NCBI GenBank assembly: GCA_048213135.1
Contig: PS015299.1
Span: 91,987 to 155,986 of the forward strand
Direction of reading: 5' to 3'
DNA: 64,000 nt
Source: Reclinomonas americana ATCC 50394
Lineage: Eukaryota
This document shows positions 38,744 through 48,710 of the stretch, in pieces. Numbering within the stretch: position 1 is the stretch's first letter; each line of letters starts with the position of its first letter. The notes under the pieces are model-generated. The model was not told where the DNA came from. It did not search any database and was given only the letters and a program-made list of their open reading frames with translations. Made by a program: the position numbers and the translations under genes.

Positions 38744-41700
38744 ATGATGGTTGCCGTTGAATCATTGTTGTCGACTCATGCGTGCTTGTCATGTGCTCGT
38801 AAATGTTTGTTGTTCTCTCGTGTTACCTCTTCACGCTGACGGGCACTTTTTGCCGACAGATTCGATCGCATTTTGCAACTTTTTGGCCGCGGCTGTCGCG
38901 CTACCCTTCGCGGCGGTGGATGTGGATCCTCGCGGCCGGGTTCCATTGAGGAGGACCAGCTGGTGGATGGCTCCAAGGGTACATCTATGCATGACAATCA
39001 CATCTCAGCTGACACGTTCTCTGGCGTCTTTCAAGCTGCATTGCAGACTGCTGACGATACGTGGGAGACGACTAAGAGCAGTACGATTCCTTCAAGCAAG
39101 GTGTGGGAATTATGAACTCTCATATCGCTGTACGATTTAAGTACACGTTGCCACTCATAGTCACTGCGTTTGGAGCGACAGTCATCTGTTCGCGTCAGCG
39201 CGGCTCATGATTCATCGCTGTCGGTGGTGGTGGAGGGCATGTCGGTCATATCCACTCTCGCGGACTTGCTGCGCGAGGCCACACGCTTGCTGTGTGAGAA
39301 GACTGGAGATGGAGAGATGGAGATAGTTGGAGTGGAGAAGCCGGTGCCATACAACGTTGAGGAGGGTGGAGGCATTCCGCTTCGCATTTTGGGCATCAAC
39401 GTATCCACTCATCTCGTCGTCCGCATGACGCTTGGCGTGGCGCTGCAGTCGAGTGGAGGGAGTGGGAGTGGGAGTGGAAGGTGTGTGTCAGTGGGTCATC
39501 TTCTGTGCATAACATGCATCTCACTCTCATGTCCTCGCACAGCAACTCGGAGCGAGTGACTCGGTTTGTTTTACTTGCCGTCGTCATCTTCCACACTCCC
39601 TTCCTTGTTCTTCACTAGACTGTGTGCTGACTGTGTTTGTGTGTACTCACAGCATGGTCAGCTTCAATCGCATCAACATGGCCTTTGAGGTGGTGGAGGA
39701 GGCCGTTCGTCTGCGCTGTCAACGTGCACTGGCCCAGTTCACTCGCGATCATCCCGACTTTGACGTGCGGGCGTGGGTGCCGAGTTTTACGCCTGCTGAC
39801 ATGGATACGGCATCAGCTAAGGCATGGCGCGAGCGACATGCTCCACTCCACCCCGGTCGAGTCAGGTTGTTTGAAGAGAAGCAGCCGGTGGCGTTGGCCT
39901 GGCGCGAGGCTTTCGACGCCGACCCCTCGTCCGACCCACCGTGTGACGGTCTCGACGCGACGGCACTCACGTCCATCATGCTGTATGGTGGCTTTGTTCT
40001 GGACGATGGTTGCAAGCTGCTGCTGATTGGCGATGCTGATGAACGGAAGGCGGTGGAGGAGCTGCACAGTGTCAGGAACAAGCTGAGACACGATGAGTTG
40101 CCGTTGACGGATGCCTCTGTGCAGCAGTACCTTGGTGACGGTGGTGTCTTCCTCTTCATCCTCTCCCGATTGCAACTGACGGTTGACGAACGCGTTCAAT
40201 TCTCTCTTCGGATTCGCGAAACCAATCTCATTGACGTAGACGTCAGTACTTTTGCGGTGCGCCTGCATCGGCTGTCTGTGCATGAGCTCTCATTCTACCA
40301 GCACGACGAGAGTGTGCGCAAGGACATGCAGATGTACGTGCCACTGTTGTGCTCACGCGAGCGTGACGTCTCGTCGGATGACAAGATGACGGATCTGTTG
40401 ACGGAGGTGGATACTTTCCTCTCCGACGCCAACACCACCCACCGTGTGCTGGTGCTGTTTGGCAACAGTGGCGCAGGCAAGACCACCACCATGTCGTTGC
40501 TGACCGAGCGAGCATGGCGACAGTGGCAGACGAGAGATAGTCGACGAGTGCCTGTTCGTGTGCCTCTTGGTGTACTACGCAATGCCGATGAGCGACTGCT
40601 GGAGGAGGCATTGGAGCGACTGTCACCCGAATTGGGATTGGAGTCGGATGTACGGCGGCTGAAGGAGGAACCATTGCTGTTGTTGCTTGACGGGTACGAC
40701 GAGTTGTACCGTGGTGGGAATCTGTTCGTCAAGAATCAACTGGATGTGTGTCGTGATGTGAAGGTGATTATCACCTGTCGAGGCGATTACGCGCTGACGG
40801 CACTCGGTGGGGTGACGCAGTATCGGCGGTACTTTGCACCGGTGGATGCACGAGGACAATTGTGCATGCAGCAGCTGATGGAGCGACACATTGCACCGTT
40901 CAATAAGGAGCAGATTGAGGAGTACTTTGTGAGATTGGTGCGTGTGCGTGGTGGTGATGATGACGATAGAGAAGTGCGTTGGTCGACAGCCGAGGAGTGC
41001 GTACGTGCACTGAAGAGTGTGCATGGACTGGATGCACTGGTGTCAAATCCATTCTTGCTGGCGGTGGTGGTTCGTGTGTTGCCGCAGTTGGTGGCAAATG
41101 GCATGCAGCGAGCAACTCGAGATGATGTGTTTGACCGATTCATTAGACAGTGGATTGTGAGGGAGCAGGAGAGACAGACACGTCTCGGTGTTGAGCGTGT
41201 GCCGAGTGAGGAGACGTGTCTCTCATTCTGTGAGGGACTGGCACGGTTGATGCATGAGAGAAATGTGGTGCGTGTGTCTGTGATGGAGAGTCGGTCAGGT
41301 GATGAAGGTAGGGAGGACTTTGGTGGTGCGCCACTCGCCTTGCCACCACGAGTGGAAGAGGGACCATTTGACAAGTTCCTCGGTCACAAGAACCAGCATG
41401 TGCGAGTGTGCTGTCCGATTGTACGACGGTATGGAACGACGCAGTGGGGATTTGTGCATCTGTCGTTGCTGGAGCACTGTGTGGCACGGCATGTGTTTGC
41501 ATGGGAGACGTGGGATGAGGACAGGAAGTTGGGAGAACAGGATGCTCAGCAGCATGTGTTGGCAGTGCGACTGCTGAACGATCGGCCATCGCTGGTGGAG
41601 CAGATAGCCGAGGTGGTGCGACGGTCTCCTGCGTTGCAAGCGAGACTGTGGGAGGTGATTGAGATGTCACGAGAGGTTGATGAAGAGCGATTGGTGACGG

Positions 41701-44602
41701 CAGCCGCGAATGCAGCGACAGTGTTGTGTGTGGCGCAAGTGTCGTTTAGTGGCCGAGATCTGTCGGGTGTGCGAGTGAGAGGTGCGGATTTGAGGGATGC
41801 GGTGATGCACCGGACGGTGTGGAGGGGTGCGGATTTGCGAGGGGTGAATGTGTGCATGGCATATGCGAGAGAGGCGGATTTCAGTGGAGCGGATGTGAAG
41901 GACGTGAAGTGGCCGAGGAAGCCGATGATGGGGCACACTGGAAAGGTGCTGTCCGTCGCGGTCACTCCCGATCGTCAGTACATTGTAAGTGGCAGTGAGG
42001 ACAGGACTGTACGGGTGTGGTCTGTGGCAAATGGTGAGGAGGTGCGTCGACTGGAAGGCCACATGAGACAGGTGTGTGCAGTGGCAGTGACACCCGATGG
42101 CCAGTACATTGTGAGTGGCAGTTGGGACGAGACTGTACGGGTGTGGTCGGTGGCAAGTGGCGAGGAGGTGCACCGACTGGAAGGCCACACGAATTGGGTC
42201 TCGGCAGTGGCAGTGACACCCGATGGCCAGCACATTGTGAGTGGCAGTTGGGACGAGACTGTACGGGTGTGGTCGCTGGCAAGTGGCAAGGAGGTGCGCC
42301 GACTTTCAGGCCACACGAGCGTGGTGTATGCAGTGGCAGTGACACCCGATGGCCAGCATATTGTGAGTGGCAGTCATGACAGGACTGTTCGGGTGTGGTC
42401 GGTGGCAAGTGGCGAGGAGGTGCGCCGACTGGAAGGTCACACGGGTGTGGTGCGTGCAGTGGCAGTGACACCCGATGGGCAGCACATTGTAAGTGGCAGC
42501 GCAGACGAGACTGTACGGGTGTGGTCGGTGGCAAGTGGCGAGGAGGTGCGCCGACTGGAAGGCCACACGGAGTCGGTGCGTGCAGTGGCAGTGACACCCG
42601 ATGGGCAGCACATTGTAAGTGGCAGCGCAGACGAGACTGTACGGGTGTGGTCGGTGGCAAGTGGCGAGGAGGTGCGCCGACTCAAACGCCACACATATAG
42701 GGTAATGAAAGTGACTGTGACACCCGATGGCCAGCACATTGTGAGTGGCAGTGCTGACAAGACTGTACGGGTGTGGTTGGTGGCAGGTGGCGAGGAGGTG
42801 CGCCGATTAGAAGCCCACACGAGGGCAGTGAATGCAGTGGCAGTGACAACTGATGGCCGGTTGATTGTGAGTGGCAGTTGGGACAAGACTGTACGGGTGT
42901 GGTCGCTGGCAAGTGGCAAGGAGGTGCGCCGACTGAGAGGCCACACAAGTGAGGTGTTTGCAGTGGCGGTGACAGCCGATGGCGAGCACATTGTGAGTGG
43001 CAGTGTTGACAAGACTGTACGGGTGTGGTCAGTGACAAGCGGCGAGGAGGTGCGCCGACTGGAAGGTCACATAGGTGAGGTGTGTGCAGTGGCAGTGACA
43101 CCCGATGGCCAACACATTGTGAGTGGCAGTGTGGACGAGACTGTACGGGTGTGGTCAGTGGCAAGTGGCGAGGAGGTGCGCCGGCTGGAAGGCCACACGC
43201 GTGATGTGTGTGCAGTGGCAGTGACACCCGATGGCCAGCACTTTGTGAGTGGCAGTGATGACAGTACTGTACGGGTGTGGTCAGTGGCAAGTGGCGAGGA
43301 GGTGCGCCGACTGGAAGGCCACACGGATGGGGTGCGTGCAGTGGCAGTGACACCGGATGGGTAGCACATTGTGAGTGGCAGTGTGGACGAGACTGTACGG
43401 GTGTGGTCGGTGGCAAGTGGCGGAGAGGTTCGCCGGCTGGAAGGTCACACGAATTGGGTGTTTGCGGTGGCAGTGACACCCGATGGTCAGCACATTGTGA
43501 GTGGCAGCGCAGACGAGACTGTGCGGATGTGGTCGGTGGCAAGTGGCGAGGAGGTGCGCCGACTGAAAGGCCACACGGATGCAGTGTCTCGAGTGGCAGT
43601 GACACCCGATGGCCAGCACATTGTGAGTGGCAGTGATGACAACACTGTACGGAGTGGTCAGTTGTGAGTGGCGAGGAGGTACGCCGACTGGAAGGCCACA
43701 CGAATTGGGTGTTTGCGGTGGCAGTGACACCCGATGGTCAGCACATTGTGAGTGGCAGCTATGACAAGACTGTGCGGGTATGGTCGGTGACAAGTGGCGA
43801 CGAGGTTCGCCGACTGGAAGGCCACACGGATGATGTGCTTGCAGTGGCAGTGACACCCGATGGTCAGCATGTTGTGAGTGGCAGTGTGGACAAAATTGTA
43901 CGGGTATGGTCACTGGCAAGTGGCGAAGAGGTGCGCCGACTGGAAGGCCACACAGGTGGGGTGAATTCTGTCGCCATCACTCCTGATGGCCAGCACATTG
44001 TGAGTGGCAGTTATGACATGATTGTACGGCTGTGGTTGATGGCAAATGGCGAGGAGGTGCGCCGACTGGAAGGCCACACGGATTGGGTACGGGCAGTGGC
44101 AGTGACACCCGATGGCCAGCACATTCTGAGTGGCAGTCAGGACATGACTGTACGGGTATGGTCTGTGGCAAGTGGCGAGGAGGTGCGCCGACTGGAGGGC
44201 CACACAGATTGGGTTTGGGCAGTGGCAGTGACACCCGATGGCCAGCACATTGTGAGTGGCAGTTTGGACATTGTACGGGTGTGGTCGGTGGCAAGTGGCG
44301 AGGAGGTGCGCCGATTGGAAGGCCACACGGATTGGGTGCGTGCAGTGGCTGTGACACCCGATAGCCAGCACATTGTGAGTGGCAGTGGTGACAAGACTGT
44401 ACGGGTGTGGTCGGTGGTAAGTGGCGAGGAGGTGTACCAACTGGAAGACCATGCGGAAGAGGTGTCTGCGTCGACAATGTCACCAGATGACCAGTACATT
44501 GTCTCGCATGGGAAGGATGCACCGCCTGTGCCTCGTCGTGAAGGACTGCTCGAGCGCGTTCTCGGCTCCTTCCTGCCTGATTTCACCGATTTAGTTCGGT
44601 GA
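38744..44602 (+). pseudogene. NLR-like copy 1: LRGG leader - ubiquitin-like - HEPN - NACHT - pentapeptide - ~21 WD40; in-frame TAG in repeat 12 and a -1 frameshift in repeat 14
   Basis: Exons 38744-38781, 38860-39100, 39182-39480 and 39653 onward. Motifs: RNKLRH (40074-40091), FGNSGAGKTT, LLLLLDGYDE, RDLSGVRVRGADLRDA, 42-aa GH...VRVW repeats. CAG>TAG at 43362-43364; 1-nt deletion at ~43653. It could still yield a protein with 11 repeats. Confidence 0.85.
41930..44510 (+). repeat. 126-bp coding tandem repeat array (WD40), 20 units plus 1 divergent terminal unit
   Basis: GTGACACCCGATGGCCAGCACATTGTGAGTGGCAGT...GACTGTACGGGTGTGGTCGGTGGCAAGTGGCGAGGAGGTGCGCCGACTGGAAGGCCAC recurs every 126 bp. Confidence 0.95.
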
Positions 44603-46467
44603 TGAGCACAACTGCGAGCGTGTATGAATCCTCGAATGTAAACCAGCTTGTTTGAGATGAGATCTCTTGTGATGCAGACACGCGTGTAATCTTCGTCCTC
44701 AAGTTGCATGCCGTGTGTGTTGATTGATCATTGCGAGGTATTCCACTTGTGACTCACTTTGTCTGATACGAGATATCTCGGTGACCTGACGATGCACTGC
44801 ACAGCCAGTTTGCTATATGTCGCCTCTGCCCGCATCTGTCGCCGAGGAAGGTGGCCATTGATCCAGCTCCCCCCTCGACACCGCGGAGGTCCTTGTTGCC
44901 AAGCTCGCCGTCTTCATCACTACGCATTCATTTGACAGCGAAGCAACATCCACATATCATGTGATCATTTGATGGCAATGCGTTCTTCGAGTTCCAGAAG
45001 CACATAAGCGTCGTAATTTACTGGTAGGAGATGATACAAGAGTTGACACCGGATCCTGATTAGTGCGCGTGTGATCACTGCGCAGTGGCTGAAAGGAATC
45101 GCGCAGTATGATTTCGCAGCACGGAAGTCGTTTGACTTGCTATGCTAGTGACACGTGCGATACTGCGCCATTGATCTTTGCGTGAGATGAAACTGTGAGA
45201 AGTGTATTCTGAGCCTCTGTCGTTGATGCATGATCTCGAAAGCAAGGAATAGAAGTGGCAGTGAATGTCTGCGTGGTTCAGCAACTGTGCCACATAGACA
45301 CGCAATCTGTTTACTCATCCACTTCATGTATCCTCCACGAATGAGAGAGAGAAAGGAGATCGAGAACGCAGTAACACACCGAGTGACAGACACAGATTCT
45401 CACACACAAACATTCACAAACACGCCGCAGTCAGATGACACACGTACATGCGGGCTGCGACAGTTCCGAGACGTCGGTGCTCAACTGAATGGTGCGCATG
45501 TGACAACACATGCAGGCGGCCGCTCCATGCGATCAGTCAAGTACACCGGCCACATTAGTCACATGACCGAGCACGCCGCAAGCGTGGTCATGTTCACACT
45601 GCAACCGGCGTTGCATGACGGGAAAGAGAGAGAGAGAGAAGGAAAAGAGAGAGCGAGGAAAAGAGAGAGGAAAAGAGAGAGCGAGCTCGAGGAAAAGAGA
45701 GAGAAAGATAATGAAAGAGAGACAAGAAGGAGATGTGCTCTCACGTGGTGAATTTCACCATGAAGACATGGGGTGAAAATAGTGAACAGACTCACTCACA
45801 CTTACATCCCCATTCAAGCAGACCATCTCAGCAATCCTTCCGCCCTCACTGTCACCTGATCACTCACATGGCGTGGTATGAATGATAGAGACAAGCGACA
45901 AATTCAAGCTCATGCCACACACAGGCACACTCTCTCTCTCTCTTCTCATGTATCTCTGTACTCTTTCCCCTCCAGTGCCACAACCAGGGACAAAGAGAGC
46001 AACATGAAAGAGACAACTCGATGTTGAGATGAGGGGAGAGTGACAGAAACACGTGTCCATCACCGGCATTGGGCGAATAGAAATAAGGGACATCCTGCAA
46101 GTGAGGGAGACAGAGAGGGGAGAGACAAACCAACAAACAAACAGGCAAAGTACACCTGCTGGCGACTGACAGAGCAGCGACGATGTGCACTCTCTCTGTT
46201 GATGCCACACATGAAAACACTGCGAGTCGTCGGTAATAAGAGAACAAACAACAACAACGATCAATGCAAGCGAGAAAGATGGAGAGAGAGACCGGTGCAG
46301 GCGAACGAAATGGATGGTGCGTCTTGTGCTCCACGCACAAACAGCCAAGCCTGTGGAGACAAGGAATACGCAGGAGAGTCGGGAGAATAGAGAGAGAGAG
46401 AAGAGATGGACATGAATGACTCCCACATTGCCACCAACACGGAGAAGGCATCATGGATGTACTTTCT

Positions 46468-46508
<41 letters not shown>

Positions 46509-48346
46509 CTTCTCTCAACCAACATTCGCAGATGATGTTCTCTCTCCATTTCTCACCCCACACATTCACTGTCGCCAATGACCAGACGTATCCCAGAAGG
46601 AATGAAAGATATTCTCCACGCTCCCAGCTTTCCTCTTTCCCACACGACGCCTCTCTCTCTCTGAATTCCCATGCACCACGCTCATCCCCCAAGCGCACCG
46701 TTCAACAGAGAAGACACACCATGAAATGTGATCGAGGACAGTGGGAATGAGAGATTGTAGTGGTGGAAAAGAGAGTGAAGGAGAAGGAACACGGGGTGTG
46801 GATGGATGGATGGATACAAGAGAGAAACACAGAGATGACGGAGAGAGGCGAACAGAGAGCAGCAGAAACGAGAGAAAACGAAAGCATGAGTGCACGAGAG
46901 CGACGGTGATGAGAAGAAGAGAGCGAACCACACATGGATGGAGGATGCAGAGATATGCATGACAGACCACGAAAATGAGCAAGAATACGCGCATATAGAC
47001 GACGCTCATACTCCCAAGAACAAGGAGATGAGAGTCGATGACGATAACCAGGGAAAGGAGGCAATAAGGGAAAGACGGGAAGGAGAATGCAACGGATGGA
47101 AATGGAGGGGGATACAAGAGGCTGCTTTCTCACGCTAGAAGAGAGAGAAGAGGGAGAAGATTCTGGAGGAGACAGAAGGGATGAGAGCGGAAGGAAAAGG
47201 AAATAAGGACAGGATGTCAGCACGATATACACGGTGATGGAGACGATGAAGGCGATATGCAGAAAGAGACGAATCAACCGCACGTAAACATGCATACACG
47301 CGACAGCAAGAACTCGAAATGACGGAGGAAAGAAGAGAGAAGACGAGGAGGAAGGAGAGTGGAGAGGGTGGAGAAGGAGAAGCACGTGTGCGTGTTCAGG
47401 CAGCATCACAAATGAGGTGAAAAGAGACGGAGAGCGGAGTGAGAGAGAGGGGAAATCAACAAGAACAAGCCTGACAGAGCAGCTCAGTGCGACAAGCATG
47501 TGTGGCAATGGTGATCAGAGACGGAGATGCAAGACGAAGGGATGGAGGGAGGAAGAAGGAACGAGTACGAGAGAGAGAAAGAGAGAGAGGAGAGTGGAGG
47601 CGGATGATGAACAAATGATGTGTGTGTGTGGGTGGGGAAAGAGAGAGTAGGATCAGGATGGAGAGGCACACACGGGAAATGAAGACAGCGAAACACATGT
47701 GAAAACAATTCAAGACAACATGCATAAGTGAGAAAGAGGCACATGCATGCGGAAAGAGCAGGATGAGAGGAGAATGTGAGCGAATGAGAATGGAAGCGAG
47801 GAGGATAAGCAGCAAGCACATACGAACCACGGGAGGTGGGGAGGAGTAAGAAGAAAAGGGCAATGTGAGTGATTCACACACACGGATGCGATTCGCACAA
47901 GGCACACAGACAAACAAGCACACGCGAGATGATGATCACTCCAAGAAGGAAGAGAAAGAGAGAGAAGAGAGAAAGAGAGAGAGAATGAGAAACGGAAGAG
48001 GGTGTTGATCAATCACGTCACACATGCGGTACACTCACACAAATCAATGACACACACACATGCACGCGTGAGACGATCCTCACTCAGAGGAGGGTGAAGA
48101 GAGAGAGAGAAAAGAGAGCGCGAGAATGTGACGCTGATGGGCGCGAAAATCAATCACAACGAGAATGCAGCGCACACACACAGAGGCAAACAACGAGACG
48201 CACATGCACACGCGCACGCGCAACAATGTTCACTCGGAGGAAAAAGAAGAGAGGGGAGGAGAGAGAGAGGAGAGAGAAGGATTCATTTCTGCGATCAATG
48301 CACACACTGCGCGAAGAATTCTCTCCCTCTCTTTCTCACTCGCTCG

Positions 48347-48389
<43 letters not shown>

Positions 48390-48710
48390 ACAACTCACAC
48401 ACGTTTCATGTAACAACGAATCGAATATGAGTCTTTTTCGAGTCTCTTTTTCGCCTCTCGCATCCCTCTTTCACTCACGCCCCGCACTCTCTTCCTCACT
48501 CATCCATGACAGGTGACACAGCAGGCGACCATCAAACACGGGCGTGCTGTACAAAGAAAGAAACGTCGGGTGTCCCGCATGACATTGATCTCACGCCGGT
48601 ACAACGTACACCACCACGAGAACAAGCCGATTGTCTGTGTGAGACGTGTGAGCAACAAGGTACATTCTGCTAAAGAGCGAGAAAAGTGACAAAAGAACTG
48701 CAACGAGAAG
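44603..48710. repeat. ~4.1-kb inter-copy spacer of the tandem unit, duplicated at 52600-56861 and partially at 35590-37492
   Basis: Alignable by eye throughout, e.g. CATGAAGACATGGGGTGAAAATAGTGAACAGA at ~45759 and ~53939, and GTTCAGGCAG...CACAAATGAGGTGAAAAGAGAC at ~35880, 36142, 47395 and 55585. Confidence 0.9.

Noticed and set aside
43362-43364. In-frame TAG at a conserved Gln as evidence of a ciliate-type genetic code
   Set aside because: Gln is otherwise encoded by CAG/CAA throughout, TAA ends the TDP2-like gene, and a frameshift follows two repeats later; a single C>T change explains it.
41962-44522. Long minus-strand and shifted-frame ORFs over the WD40 arrays (also 51000-52494 and 59044-61071)
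   Set aside because: These are shadows of a stop-poor 126-bp repeat and have no independent protein features.
45860-47923. Hydrophobic minus-strand ORFs repeated in each spacer (e.g. MPHMLVALSCSVRLVL...)
   Set aside because: They arise from CT-rich low-complexity sequence; frames and lengths differ between copies.
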